IMG/VR virus record: IMGVR_UViG_3300037780_000049
Coordinates: 1 to 42,349 of that record
Length of the DNA stretch: 42,349 bases
Source of the DNA: a virus
Taxonomy: Duplodnaviria; Caudoviricetes
Reading direction: 5' to 3' (one strand)
Shown: one piece after another, positions 6,899 to 16,016 of the stretch
How the letters are laid out: every line of letters begins with the position of its first letter
Position numbering within the stretch: the first letter of the stretch is position 1
The notes under the pieces: generated by a model
What the model saw: the letters and a program-made list of their open reading frames with translations, nothing else
Told to the model about the DNA's origin: nothing
Databases searched by the model: none
Made by a program: the position numbers and the translations under genes

Positions 6899-8080
6899 TT
6901 ACGCCTTTTTCTTCAACGGGATAGGTTCTTCTTGCCCGGGACTGGTGTGATTTTGATGGGACTCGGCCATGCGGGTCCCCATTGCTTCTACGGCCCTGCG
7001 CACATCCTCAACGTCGGTGTGGGCATAGCGCGCGGTTGACGAAATATCCTTGTGCCCGAGCAACATCTGGACCGCCTTCAGGTGCGAGACGCGCAGGAGC
7101 CGGGTTGCTGCAGTGTGGCGCAAATCGTGCCAGCGGAAGTCCGTGACCTGGGCTGTGCGCAGGGCCGCCCGCCAGAGGTTCCCGACCCAGCTTGAAGTGA
7201 TCGGCTGAATGGAGTCCTTGGTGCGCTCGCCCCGCTTCAGGCGGCAGACGTAGGTAAAGACCGCCGTGTCGTGCTTGCCGACCTGCTGGTCTATCAGGGC
7301 GCGCGCGGCGCGGCTCAGCGGGACCGTGTGTATCCGGCCGCCGGGGGTGCGGCTCTTGAGCCGGATGGTCACGACGTTCCGCGCCAGGTCGACCTGAGAC
7401 CAGCGCAGGTTCACGACGGCGGCTTGCCGAAGCCCGGTCATCATCGAAAACAGGAACGGCGCCAGCAACTCGGGTCGCATGGCCTCGATCACGCGCACCA
7501 GATCCTGTTCCTCGGTCGCGGACAGCTCCCGGGTGCGGCCCTCCGGCTCCAGCAGCAGCAGATCGCGCCACTTGATACGGTCGTTGATCTGGCGCTCCCA
7601 TGTCTCGTGGGCGCGGTTGATGACCCGGCGCAGCAGTTCCACGTCACGGTTGACCGTCGACGGGCTGATCCTGGTGCCCTTCCGTCGGGCCTTCTGTACC
7701 TTTCGCCAGGCGACGAACTGCGATATCCGGTCGCTGCCAACCTCGTGCAGCATGGTGGTCTGTCCGAAGAACTCCGCGAGGCGCGCAAGTTGGGTCTCCG
7801 TCTCGACCTGAGCCGGCGTGCCCTCGACCATCTCGTCATAGTAGCGGTCCATTGCGGTCCCTACGGTGATGGGTTCGGCGGCCTTGAACTTGACGCCGCC
7901 GGTTACAGCGAGCAGCGCGTCCCGGGCATCTATCTCTGCCCGGCGCTGTTCTCTGAGCTGCTTTTCCTTGCCTCGCGCCTTTCCTTCATTCGTCTCTCGC
8001 GTGCTGCCAGAAAATCGCTCACCTCGGACCTGGAAGTCGTAGTACCAGTACGGCGAGCCCTTTTTCTGGTAGATGGACAT
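6899..8080 (-). CDS. int: Tyrosine integrase
   Basis: TGLR, HDLRHTAAT, LLGHKDISSTARY catalytic motifs; N-terminal arm-binding beta domain. Confidence 0.95.
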   Translation of the reverse strand: MSIYQKKGSPYWYYDFQVRGERFSGSTRETNEGKARGKEKQLREQRRAEIDARDALLAVTGGVKFKAAEPITVGTAMDRYYDEMVEGTPAQVETETQLARLAEFFGQTTMLHEVGSDRISQFVAWRKVQKARRKGTRISPSTVNRDVELLRRVINRAHETWERQINDRIKWRDLLLLEPEGRTRELSATEEQDLVRVIEAMRPELLAPFLFSMMTGLRQAAVVNLRWSQVDLARNVVTIRLKSRTPGGRIHTVPLSRAARALIDQQVGKHDTAVFTYVCRLKRGERTKDSIQPITSSWVGNLWRAALRTAQVTDFRWHDLRHTAATRLLRVSHLKAVQMLLGHKDISSTARYAHTDVEDVRRAVEAMGTRMAESHQNHTSPGQEEPIPLKKKA

Positions 8081-8283
8081 GCTTTCCTCGACTGCTCTTG
8101 CTGGAAGGCGCGGATGTCGTATCCCTTGAAACGATAGGTGCGGCGGCCAAACAGCGTATACCGGATGTCGCCTTTGTCACGATGGAAAGCGAGCGTCTTG
8201 ACGCTGATGCGGCACAGCCGGGCCGTCTCGCTCATGGTGTAGAGCTGCTCGTCCACGATCTCGTCAGGCAGCGCGCGCTCCAT
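7930..8283 (-). CDS. xis: Excisionase-like HTH protein
   Basis: LYTMSETARLCRISVKTL...GRRTYRF winged helix; overlaps the int 5' end. Confidence 0.75.
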   Translation of the reverse strand: MERALPDEIVDEQLYTMSETARLCRISVKTLAFHRDKGDIRYTLFGRRTYRFKGYDIRAFQQEQSRKACPSTRKRARRTGTTTSRSEVSDFLAARERRMKERREARKSSSENSAGQR

Positions 8284-8570
8284 CACCGCCTCCGCTCAAT
8301 CATGTATTTCGGACCGCGCTTAATCTTTGGCAGATCACCGTCGAGATATTCGGTTGGGTCGATCCCGAGCCACAGACAGATGCGAAGGAACGGTTCCAGG
8401 CTTAGGCCAGTCCTATTGCTGAGGAAGTTGGCAATCTGTGGGCGCCCGACACCGGCTGCCAACGACAGCATTTCTTGTGTGGTCTTCGTCCGGTACATTT
8501 CTTCGCGCAAATCGGCGAGGAAAGCGCCCGAATCAAACGAGGGCAGGTCGAGTTCTGGCAGGTCGCTCAT
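8283..8570 (-). CDS. XRE-family HTH regulator
   Basis: TQEMLSLAAGVGRPQIANFL...ICLWLGIDP. Confidence 0.8.
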   Translation of the reverse strand: MSDLPELDLPSFDSGAFLADLREEMYRTKTTQEMLSLAAGVGRPQIANFLSNRTGLSLEPFLRICLWLGIDPTEYLDGDLPKIKRGPKYMIERRR

Positions 8571-9055
8571 CACCGCCTCCGCGATTCCAGCGCAGTTCGG
8601 GCGTAGGTTGCCCACGCATCATCCTTCGCGTTGACATATTCGGCGCCCCACTTGTCCCCGTGCTTGCGGCACATTTCGTGACCGTTGTGAAAGCCGGTCT
8701 TATAGGCCCGCTCCACGTCCTCGTCCGTGACTGTGGAGAGGCGCTTACGGAGCGCGGAGACCTCACACCGGGCCTCGTGCAGCTTGTCTAGTTTGTGGCG
8801 GATAACTGCCGCGCAGGCTGCCGGGTCGACGCGGAAGCCGTCACCATCCGGGACGAAATATTCCGAGCCGTTTGGCGTGAACTGAAGCAGTGCGTCCCCG
8901 GTTTCCTTCCTGTGAGCCTCCACCTCGGCCAGCCGCTCCCGCAGGCGGGCGTTCTCGGCTTCAATCTCCCTCTCGCGCGTCCAGTGCTTCTCAACCGCTC
9001 GGAACAGTTCTTCGCGGGAGCCTTCTTCCCACAGGGTGTTGAGGTAGGCTGACAT
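8570..9055 (-). CDS. Hypothetical protein (coiled coil)
   Basis: Start MSAYLNTL after GGAGG; TGATG coupling. Confidence 0.65.
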   Translation of the reverse strand: MSAYLNTLWEEGSREELFRAVEKHWTREREIEAENARLRERLAEVEAHRKETGDALLQFTPNGSEYFVPDGDGFRVDPAACAAVIRHKLDKLHEARCEVSALRKRLSTVTDEDVERAYKTGFHNGHEMCRKHGDKWGAEYVNAKDDAWATYARTALESRRR

Positions 9056-9330
9056 CACACGTCCTCCCCGAAGTGCCGGCGCAGGATGGCCTTTGCGTCG
9101 TTCCGCCACGCATCCAGAACGGTCATGCCATTGTCGGCAACGGGTTCGTCTGGATCGTTCTCCATCATGGTTTGGATTAGCGCCACCGCCGCCTTCAGCT
9201 TGGCGTCGTGGGCTTTGCCTGCCACTGAAGCGATATACCCGGCGCCGTCGCGGATTTGCTCGGCATGGAGAACAATGCCGTACGTCCGGAGCCACTGAAC
9301 AAGGGCGGTTTCTATCAGGTCACTGTCCAT
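9055..9330 (-). CDS. Hypothetical protein
   Basis: Coupled ORF with GGAGG RBS. Confidence 0.6.
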   Translation of the reverse strand: MDSDLIETALVQWLRTYGIVLHAEQIRDGAGYIASVAGKAHDAKLKAAVALIQTMMENDPDEPVADNGMTVLDAWRNDAKAILRRHFGEDV

Positions 9331-9670
9331 CGTCCGCCTCCTTCGCCCGGAGAATTGCTGTGGTCAGGGCGGCGGCAGGGGTGGTGGCTTCACAGTCGGG
9401 GCCACGGTGGCCATCTCTTAGCCGAGACAGGCGCCACACCCACGTCCCGTCAGGGTTCTGATAGGCGTCCTCGGTGAGCCACCCATCCGGCACGAGCGCG
9501 AGCGTGTGGTTCATGTCGTCAAGGGGGCGTTTGTCACCATAGAACAGCGGCAGCCCACTCCTGTACCAGTACCCTTTGAGGTCGCGGCTATATCCCAGCG
9601 CCCGCAGCACCTCGGCATTATCGCCGGACCACCGTTCCCCGGCCTCTATGCGGTGGAGGAGGTCAGTCAT
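9320..9670 (-). CDS. Hypothetical protein (phage ABA-sandwich-like)
   Basis: Start MTDLLHRIE; LALVPDGW...TPAAALTTAILRA pattern. Confidence 0.6.
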   Translation of the reverse strand: MTDLLHRIEAGERWSGDNAEVLRALGYSRDLKGYWYRSGLPLFYGDKRPLDDMNHTLALVPDGWLTEDAYQNPDGTWVWRLSRLRDGHRGPDCEATTPAAALTTAILRAKEADDGQ

Positions 9671-9911
9671 GGGCACTCCCCTCGGTTTCTTCGAGGCACT
9701 CAGTGCACTCGTCCTCGCCCGGCCCCAGACCGCGCTCGCCGCATTCGCAGGGCGGGCCGTATCCGAGGGCTTGGGCTTCCTGAATGGCGATGACGCCACG
9801 CGCCCGTTCGGGCAGAACGTCGCCGATGGCGAGGTTCACGACCTCGGTCATGCGCTCGTCCATGCCGCGTTGCAGCAGCTCACTCAGGGTTACGGGGCCG
9901 GTGTCAGGCAT
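9663..9911 (-). CDS. Hypothetical Zn-finger protein
   Basis: CECG...CTEC. Confidence 0.6.
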   Translation of the reverse strand: MPDTGPVTLSELLQRGMDERMTEVVNLAIGDVLPERARGVIAIQEAQALGYGPPCECGERGLGPGEDECTECLEETEGSAHD

Positions 9912-10188
9912 TTCTCTCGCTCCATTCCTTGTGTATCCGCATGGCCAGCACGGGGCCGTCTATGCCCCGAGACGCAAGCCAGCGGGTTTCGTTTCCATCT
10001 GCGTGCAATTCGCTGTGGTGGGACGGGCAGAGCGGCACAGTCCAATCATCGCCGCTCTTCATGCCCATGCCCTTGCCGGGCGCCCTGAGCAGGTGGTGGG
10101 CCTGCGCCGGCTGGTAGCAGATGCAGCACCCCAGCGAGGCGACGTGGCGCAGGTACTTCTCTGAGCGGAACCGGGCTTCCTTCAGCAT
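9904..10188 (-). CDS. DUF968-like HNH/Zn-binding protein
   Basis: YLRHVASLGCCIC...AHH...GMGMK..DDWTVPLCPSHHSELH. Confidence 0.8.
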   Translation of the reverse strand: MLKEARFRSEKYLRHVASLGCCICYQPAQAHHLLRAPGKGMGMKSGDDWTVPLCPSHHSELHADGNETRWLASRGIDGPVLAMRIHKEWSERNA

Positions 10189-10622
10189 CAGGCGGTCACC
10201 AGCTCATATTCGACGGCCTGCCGAAGCTCGCCCTCGGGGATGTGGGGAACGATGTCCTCTATCATCACCTTCAGCACGGCCTCGAAGAACTCGCGGAACT
10301 CGGCGTCGTCCATGTTCTCGAAGGACCAGCTCATCGGGTCGTGCCGCACGTAGCCCAGCGCGGGGATCTCGACCGTCTCGAAATACCCGGCCTTGACCGT
10401 GGCGTATTTCCGCACCGTCTCCGGGGCCAGACCTGCCGCTGCCGAAACGTTGTTCAGCAGGGCGAACGCCTTCCGGTGGAACCCGATGTTGCGGATCAGC
10501 TTCGGCTTCATCTGCACGAAGTCGCCCGGCTTGTACTTGGCCGCGACCTCTCGGGCGTGCTCGTCCATCGGCACGAAACCGGCGGTGGTCCACACCCAAG
10601 TCGGAAGGGCCTTGGTTGCCAT
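10188..10622 (-). CDS. DUF1367-like protein
   Basis: RNIGFHRKAFALL...SWSFENMDDAEFREFF. Confidence 0.75.
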   Translation of the reverse strand: MATKALPTWVWTTAGFVPMDEHAREVAAKYKPGDFVQMKPKLIRNIGFHRKAFALLNNVSAAAGLAPETVRKYATVKAGYFETVEIPALGYVRHDPMSWSFENMDDAEFREFFEAVLKVMIEDIVPHIPEGELRQAVEYELVTA

Positions 10623-10840
10623 CAGCAGACCCCGCAGCACATATCTTCGCGGACGGTCTGGATTGGGGTTATCTTGCCGTGCGTTTTGGTGCATTCCTTG
10701 CAGCGGTATCGGTCTTCCTCATGTGTCATGTGCGTAGACGGCACAAACACCCACGAAGCGCCGCCACCTCTGCAAAGTTCAGAATGCTTGATGAACCTGC
10801 CGCAGCATTCACACTTGAACGACCATGGGTTTCCCATCAC
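10622..10840 (-). CDS. Hypothetical Cys-rich protein
   Basis: CECCGRFI...CKEC. Confidence 0.6.
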   Translation of the reverse strand: MMGNPWSFKCECCGRFIKHSELCRGGGASWVFVPSTHMTHEEDRYRCKECTKTHGKITPIQTVREDMCCGVC

Positions 10841-10846
10841 GTCACC

Positions 10847-11218
10847 TCAGAACGGAATGCTATCGTCTAGGTCGTTGGTGCCGCCGCCCCAGCTATCCTC
10901 GCGCTGTTCGGTGCGCGGGCTCTCCAGCGAAAGCCGGTCGGTGATGACCTCCCACACATGCCGGGTCTGGCCGTCCTTCTCGTACTGGCGCGTCTGGATT
11001 TTGCCCTGCACGAGAACCTTGGTGCCCTTCTGCACGTAGCTCTCCACCACGTCGGCGGTCTTGCCGAACGCGAGGCAGTTGAACCACGTCGTCTGGTCCT
11101 CGCCCTGCCGCCGCTCGGATACCGCGACGGAGAAGTTGGCGACCTTGTTGCCGTTGGACGTGTGGCGGATGTCGACCTTGCCGACATTGCCGAGGATGAT
11201 GAGAACTTGGTGGCTCAT
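10847..11218 (-). CDS. ssb: Single-stranded DNA-binding protein
   Basis: OB-fold motifs (ILGNVG, VANFSVA, GKIQTRQYE) and acidic tip DLDDSIPF. Confidence 0.95.
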   Translation of the reverse strand: MSHQVLIILGNVGKVDIRHTSNGNKVANFSVAVSERRQGEDQTTWFNCLAFGKTADVVESYVQKGTKVLVQGKIQTRQYEKDGQTRHVWEVITDRLSLESPRTEQREDSWGGGTNDLDDSIPF

Positions 11219-12114
11219 GCCATTTCCTTCCTGAGTTTGGCTTGTAGCTTTCCAACGTTGGCGGCGAGGGCGTCGAACGCCTCACGGTCGCCGTCACGGA
11301 TGGCCTCCAGGTGGGAGCCTGCCCTGACGATCCAGCCGTCCTCACCTGTGGACAGCCACCCTGCCTGCTTCATGCTGGTTTCCAGTGCGGTCAGGTGCGG
11401 GGCCGCCTTCCATGCGGCGTAGAACTCCCGCGCCTTGGTCCGTGCTGGTGAATCTCCCCCGGAGGCGCTATCCTCTCGCTGGCCTCCGGTCTCGGGCGCG
11501 TCCCGTGAGGAGCCCTGTTGGTCGAGCTTCCGTTCCGCAAGAACCTTGTGAAGCTCGCGCGTAAATTCGTTGTAGAGTTCGGGCGCGTTGCGCTGGATGC
11601 GCTTGAGGTCGGTCATTTCCTCTTTCCACGCGAACTCGAATTCAGCGCGGTTGCCGACTTCTAGGTTCTTCGCCCGGTCCATGAAGTCGTTCAGGATGGC
11701 CTCGGGGGTCCGGTGGTCGGCCTCTTCCTCGACGCGCTGCTTGAAGTCGTCGGCCTCATCCTCGGAATAGGCCAGCCCGTGTAGGCCGATCAGCTTGAGG
11801 ATGACGCGATCCTTAGCGCGCTTCTCAGCCATCGCCCACGGATAGGCGTTCTTGTTGTTGTTAGGCGCGGCCTCGCCGATGGACCATTCCGTCTTGTCGC
11901 CGTAGGTGCCGGTGACGCAGATGGCCGCGATCTTGTCCTTGCCGTTCGCCTCCACCACCATGGGCGGGTCGAACCGCACACCGGCCTTGGCGGCGATCTG
12001 CTCAAGCACCCGGTGATAGACCACCCACACGCCGTGACAGTCCCACATGGCGGAGCGGTCAAAGCCGAATTGCTTGAGGGTGTCGGTGATAATTGGGTCA
12101 GGGCGCCTGCTCAT
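11215..12114 (-). CDS. Putative single-strand annealing recombinase (Rad52/Sak-like)
   Basis: SIGEA...AYPWAMAEKRAKDRVILKLIGL...YSEDEAD motif; adjacent to ssb. Confidence 0.6.
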   Translation of the reverse strand: MSRRPDPIITDTLKQFGFDRSAMWDCHGVWVVYHRVLEQIAAKAGVRFDPPMVVEANGKDKIAAICVTGTYGDKTEWSIGEAAPNNNKNAYPWAMAEKRAKDRVILKLIGLHGLAYSEDEADDFKQRVEEEADHRTPEAILNDFMDRAKNLEVGNRAEFEFAWKEEMTDLKRIQRNAPELYNEFTRELHKVLAERKLDQQGSSRDAPETGGQREDSASGGDSPARTKAREFYAAWKAAPHLTALETSMKQAGWLSTGEDGWIVRAGSHLEAIRDGDREAFDALAANVGKLQAKLRKEMA

Positions 12115-12587
12115 TGAATATGACTCCAGCTCTCACCCTTCGTGATTCGGGCGATTTGCGTTTTTGAAATTGGGTAGTGCGCGGTCAGGCGGTCGAGCGT
12201 CCATCCGTCTGCCCGACGGTCGCGAATTTCTTGGACAAGCGCCTCGTCGATCTTTGACCACGGCGCGTCTTCGCCACGGCATGCGCCGTCACGACCCTTA
12301 ATGTGGCGATCACGTATATTCTCGGCCTGGGTGCCTAAGCGAAGGTGGGCGGGGTTGAGGCAGCGCCGGTTGTCGCAAGTGTGCATAACGACCAGCCCAT
12401 CAATGTCGTCGCCCGTCGCGAGCGTGTAGATGTAGCGATGCGCCAGCATTGAGCGCCCGCCGATTCTGGGCTGCGGGTATCCATAACTGTCGACGCCGCG
12501 CAGCCAAATCCAGCACGCGCCACGGGTATCGACGCCGTATTTGTTCATGAACTCGGCAATCTTAGGGTCCAGTCTGCGTGCCATCAT
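12111..12587 (-). CDS. HNH homing-type endonuclease with C-terminal DNA-binding domain
   Basis: CWIW...GY...AHR...VMHTCDNRRCLNPAHLRLGTQAENIRD; C-terminal HTH ending in GESWSH. Confidence 0.9.
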   Translation of the reverse strand: MMARRLDPKIAEFMNKYGVDTRGACWIWLRGVDSYGYPQPRIGGRSMLAHRYIYTLATGDDIDGLVVMHTCDNRRCLNPAHLRLGTQAENIRDRHIKGRDGACRGEDAPWSKIDEALVQEIRDRRADGWTLDRLTAHYPISKTQIARITKGESWSHIQ

Positions 12588-12743
12588 TCAGTCCTTCAGT
12601 TCCAGCGACAGGCGTATCCAGAGCCGGGTGCTCTCCATGTAGCTGCGGGTGGTCACGTCAAGCGGCATCCGCAGGACCGCTTGCAGGCGCGTGTGAAGGT
12701 CTTCCAGTGCTTCCCGGATTTCCGTCTTCTCGGTAATCGTCAT
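12588..12743 (-). CDS. Hypothetical protein (51 aa)
   Basis: MTITEKTEIREALEDLHTRL...; GGAG RBS; stop abuts the HNH start. Confidence 0.5.
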   Translation of the reverse strand: MTITEKTEIREALEDLHTRLQAVLRMPLDVTTRSYMESTRLWIRLSLELKD

Positions 12744-12859
12744 AGGGGTCGTCTCCATGGTCTCTGGCCTGCCGAGCCCAGATCATCATCTGGACAGCCC
12801 ATGAGCCGTTGTAATCAAACCGGATGAAGTGGACGCACCTGCGCCATTCCTCGCGCTGT

Positions 12860-13096
12860 TCAGGTGTCATGACCGCCCCGCACGTAATCGTCCGCCGTGT
12901 TGAGGCCCTGAATGACCAGCACGATGCCGCGGGCGACCTTCTCCATGCCGGGCAGGTGCGCCAGTTCGTCGGCGGATTCCTCGATGAGGGCGGCAAGGGA
13001 CAGGTCGCGGGCAATCAGGTCATGGTTGGCCTGGTCGGTGGCCCGGCGCTTCTCTGAGCGGGTGAGGGTGTCGCCCTGTGTGCGCATGTGGTTCAT
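12860..13096 (-). CDS. Hypothetical protein
   Basis: ATGA-coupled ORF; GGAGG RBS. Confidence 0.6.
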   Translation of the reverse strand: MNHMRTQGDTLTRSEKRRATDQANHDLIARDLSLAALIEESADELAHLPGMEKVARGIVLVIQGLNTADDYVRGGHDT

Positions 13097-13524
13097 GACC
13101 GCCTCCGCATGAGGCTCAGGTGCGCCTGCTCAGCGGCGGTCAGGGCGAGCCGGTCGCACACAGCCCCCAGCGCCTCGTTCCATCCCTTCGTGTAGGGGTC
13201 GGGCGTGTTCTCGTCCTCGAAGACGCCGGGGGTCAGGGTGAGGCGGGAGCGGGCGATGACCTCGGAACCGCTAGATTTAGCGTCGGATATCGAAGACTGA
13301 AGGCACCCAGGCAAAAGGCGCCCATCCCGCATCCGATACAGGTTCACCCACCTGACGACTTTCTCCGGCTCCGGCGGCGCAGGGGGGAGGAGGTCGCGTG
13401 CAAAGCCGCAAGCGTCACCGTTATCCCTTTCCCATGCGTACCGGCCATCCGACGTGACGCCGATAACGGTCACCTCTCGACCGTCGAGCAGAGCCTTGTC
13501 GCCTGGTTTGAATTCGTGTGTCAT
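13093..13524 (-). CDS. Hypothetical protein
   Basis: FKPGDKALLDGREVTVIG...WVNLY; coupled ORF. Confidence 0.65.
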   Translation of the reverse strand: MTHEFKPGDKALLDGREVTVIGVTSDGRYAWERDNGDACGFARDLLPPAPPEPEKVVRWVNLYRMRDGRLLPGCLQSSISDAKSSGSEVIARSRLTLTPGVFEDENTPDPYTKGWNEALGAVCDRLALTAAEQAHLSLMRRRS

Positions 13525-13616
13525 CTGTAGAACTCCGGGTTGAAGGCCACGAGCATCGCCAGCATCGCCACGATGAAGCCGGACAGCGCGAGGAAGGCTT
13601 TGAAGTCAGCCCACAT
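13521..13616 (-). CDS. Small membrane peptide (31 aa)
   Basis: MWADFKAFLALSGFIVAMLAMLVAFNPEFYR; stop overlaps the next start. Confidence 0.45.
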   Translation of the reverse strand: MWADFKAFLALSGFIVAMLAMLVAFNPEFYR

Positions 13617-13685
13617 GACGTGCGTCCCACCGGGCGCGGCTCCATCGATACTGAAGCCAAAGCCAGACGTGGCGGAGGAAGCGGG

Positions 13686-13874
13686 TCATACGCCCAACTC
13701 CCGGCGGAAGGCTGTCATCTCGGCCTCGTTCTGGAAGTGCCAGGACTTCGCCACCGCGAGGGTGAGAATGAGGCCGGTCGGAACCTCCGTGACCTTGATG
13801 CGCCGCTGAACGTCGGTCGGCGGGCGGGCGGGAAGGTACGGCGTCGGCACGGCAGGCATATTGGCGGCGGTCAT
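13686..13874 (-). CDS. Hypothetical protein
   Basis: AAGGAG RBS; coupled. Confidence 0.55.
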   Translation of the reverse strand: MTAANMPAVPTPYLPARPPTDVQRRIKVTEVPTGLILTLAVAKSWHFQNEAEMTAFRRELGV

Positions 13875-14272
13875 GATTGTTCTCCTTCATCGGAGGGGTG
13901 GGTAGCGGCGGCAATGGCGGCGCGGGCGGCGTCCAGAGCCTCTTTGGGGATGCGGCACCAATGCGCGCCATCAGGCTCTTCCGGGCTGAGGTGGGTGGTC
14001 TCGTAGACCATCTCTTTCAGCGCGCTCAAAAGCTGCTTGTTGGTGGCTTCAAGACGGTAGTTGTCGGCTTCAATCCGTCGACACCGGGCAATCTCTTGGC
14101 CGATGTTCCACTCGCCGTTCTCGCGCAGGTAGTCCTGCACGGCGTGCAAAAACTGGGCGTAGATTTCATCCGCAACCCGTCGGCACGTCGGTTCAGCCGC
14201 CGCGGCGAAAGCCTCTAGGGTGGGCCTGATCGCCTCGCCGATGCTCTCGGGCGTGTGCTGTGCGTCGGACAT
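13871..14272 (-). CDS. Hypothetical protein
   Basis: LLSALKEMV...ARAAIAAA tail common in phage early proteins. Confidence 0.7.
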   Translation of the reverse strand: MSDAQHTPESIGEAIRPTLEAFAAAAEPTCRRVADEIYAQFLHAVQDYLRENGEWNIGQEIARCRRIEADNYRLEATNKQLLSALKEMVYETTHLSPEEPDGAHWCRIPKEALDAARAAIAAATHPSDEGEQS

Positions 14273-14604
14273 CAGCGCGCCTCCGTCTCGGCAACGTCGC
14301 CAATCGCGGCGCGCATGTCGGCAAGAAGGCGCTCCTCGTGCTCGGCCGCGCCGTCGAAACTTCCTTCGCCAGGGGCGTCAAGCCAGTTGAGCCAGTTCCG
14401 GCAGGCCGCCTCTAGACGCAGAACGCGCGCCCCAAGCTCGGCCTTCTCCGCGCTGGGCCGAAGGTCGCGCTTGCAACGGATGATGCTGAACGTCTTGCTC
14501 GGCACCTTTTCGCGAAGACGGGCCGCTTCCTTTTCCGCGCGTTCGAGCGTCTTGTGCTCAACGAAGGGGAAGGTTGTCACAATCCAATAGTCGGACTTTG
14601 CCAT
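14272..14604 (-). CDS. Hypothetical protein, first gene of the leftward early operon
   Basis: GGAG RBS; HKTLERAEKEAARL motif. Confidence 0.7.
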   Translation of the reverse strand: MAKSDYWIVTTFPFVEHKTLERAEKEAARLREKVPSKTFSIIRCKRDLRPSAEKAELGARVLRLEAACRNWLNWLDAPGEGSFDGAAEHEERLLADMRAAIGDVAETEAR

Positions 14605-14644
14605 CTGGTATCTCCCGGCGGCGCTGTGCCGCGTTCATGGGGAG

Positions 14645-14781
14645 ATAATTGTACGAAATTTGGGATATGTCAACGAAATTTCGTACAGTCCAGATATGAC
14701 AAATGCATTACGCCAATCTTCGTACGAATCTCGTTACGGATCGATCACAGTAAGCACCCAAAATGGGTACAAACATTTGTA
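14645..14781 (-). promoter_or_regulatory. pL-like promoter with repressor operators
   Basis: TTGACA on the minus strand (14668-14673). Imperfect palindromes TACGAAANTTCGTA at 14652, 14672, 14723 and 14768. Confidence 0.7.
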
Positions 14782-14799
14782 TATGCGCGGAATGTGCGG

Positions 14800-15528
14800 C
14801 TAAGGGACCGGGGCGCCGTGGACATAAATGACGACGCCTACGACTCGCACCTCGTCGTCGGGGTCTTCGTTCCACTCATCATGGGGAGGTACGCGGAGGG
14901 GCTGTTGGAACTCAGGTTCGTTTGACCTGGGCCAGAGCCAGTGCTCACCATCCGGGCGGACTTCAAGTTGCTTGACAGTTGTCTCGTGCTCGCCCCAGCG
15001 GTTCTTGCGTTCGCAAATAACGAACTTGCCGGTAGTGATTTCGCCGTTGTAGTCCAAAAAGTGGACGCATTCTAAAAGAGTGCCAGGCAAGAACTTGCGG
15101 TTCATGGATTCGCCAGCTACCTCGACGAGGTAAGTGTTCTCGTAGCCATGCGCTTTCTGCGAAATCACTGGTAGTTCAATATGTACGACATCAGGCGCTT
15201 CAAAAGCCAAAGCCCGTCCCCATTGACCCGCCTGAACCGCCCCAAGCAACGGCACCTGCACTGTCCCAAAGTTGGCTATGACTTTATGCGACGGCGCGGA
15301 AATTTCCGTCAAGGCCCAAATTCTATCACGGTGTATTCCGCGCTGAATAAGAGGGGCCTCCAATGCCTTAACAATTTCGGCCGGGAGGCTTTCTTTCTTG
15401 TACTTCCCGCTAGCGTAATAGTTGAGCGTTGTGGCGGGAATTTCGGCAACACGCGCCAGCTCGCGCTGAGACGATAGCCCAGCGTCGCGCCACAACTTCC
15501 CAATCTTTTCGGCCAGGATTTTTCCCAT
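14800..15528 (-). CDS. cI: CI-like repressor (HTH plus S24 autopeptidase)
   Basis: SQRELARVAEIPATTLNYY HTH; VQAG cleavage site; GESM and VKQL catalytic motifs. Confidence 0.9.
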   Translation of the reverse strand: MGKILAEKIGKLWRDAGLSSQRELARVAEIPATTLNYYASGKYKKESLPAEIVKALEAPLIQRGIHRDRIWALTEISAPSHKVIANFGTVQVPLLGAVQAGQWGRALAFEAPDVVHIELPVISQKAHGYENTYLVEVAGESMNRKFLPGTLLECVHFLDYNGEITTGKFVICERKNRWGEHETTVKQLEVRPDGEHWLWPRSNEPEFQQPLRVPPHDEWNEDPDDEVRVVGVVIYVHGAPVP

Positions 15529-15559
15529 ATCCGGCTTGCTCCCGCGTAGGGCAGCACCG

Positions 15560-15626
15560 TACGAAAAATCGGCCGTGGCTGGTTGCACCATTCTTCGTTT
15601 ACACTGTACGAAACTTCGTATAACAT
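15560..15626 (+). promoter_or_regulatory. pR-like promoter/operators
   Basis: TTTACA-N17-TAACAT with palindrome TACGAAACTTCGTA (15607-15620) in the spacer; a second degenerate site at 15560. Confidence 0.75.
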
Positions 15627-15633
15627 GGTGCCC

Positions 15634-15846
15634 ATGTCGAACACTGCAAGCCAGATCATTGGCGCGTTCGGAGGGGTCGTCGCGATGCACGACGCCACCG
15701 GCATTCCGCTGAACACCATTCGGACGTGGGCCAAGACCGGTGTCATCGGCTCACCCAAGACGCGCGACTATGAGGCAAAGATCCTGACGGCGGCGAAGGA
15801 ACTCAACCTTCCGATTAAGCCGGAAGATTTCGTGAGGGCCGCATGA
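15634..15846 (+). CDS. cro: Cro-like repressor
   Basis: IIGAFGGVVAMHDATGIPLNTIRTWAKTG HTH; divergent from cI. Confidence 0.8.
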   Translation: MSNTASQIIGAFGGVVAMHDATGIPLNTIRTWAKTGVIGSPKTRDYEAKILTAAKELNLPIKPEDFVRAA

Positions 15847-16016
15847 GCCTCCCCTTCACCATCTGCTTTCTGCTGAGCCTCGCCCGCGGCTTCTGGTTCG
15901 GCTGGAGGCGCACGAGATGAAATCGGCAGGTATCGACTCCCCTCGTCCTGCCGCGCGCCGGTCCCTATCCCCTCCCTGTCTTGAGGGACCGGCGCACCCC
16001 TTTCTGGAGGACGCGC

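Larger units (their letters stand above)
6732..6964. repeat. Integrase arm-type sites flanking the att core (6732-6755 and 6941-6964)
   Basis: ACTGGTGGGACTTTGATGGGACTC vs ACTGGTGTGATTTTGATGGGACTC (22/24 identical); each is a tandem pair of ~11-bp repeats. Confidence 0.75.

Noticed and set aside
6841-6915. Complete tRNA-Pro gene
   Set aside because: Sequence diverges after the anticodon arm; no T arm or acceptor 3' strand. Treated as att core.
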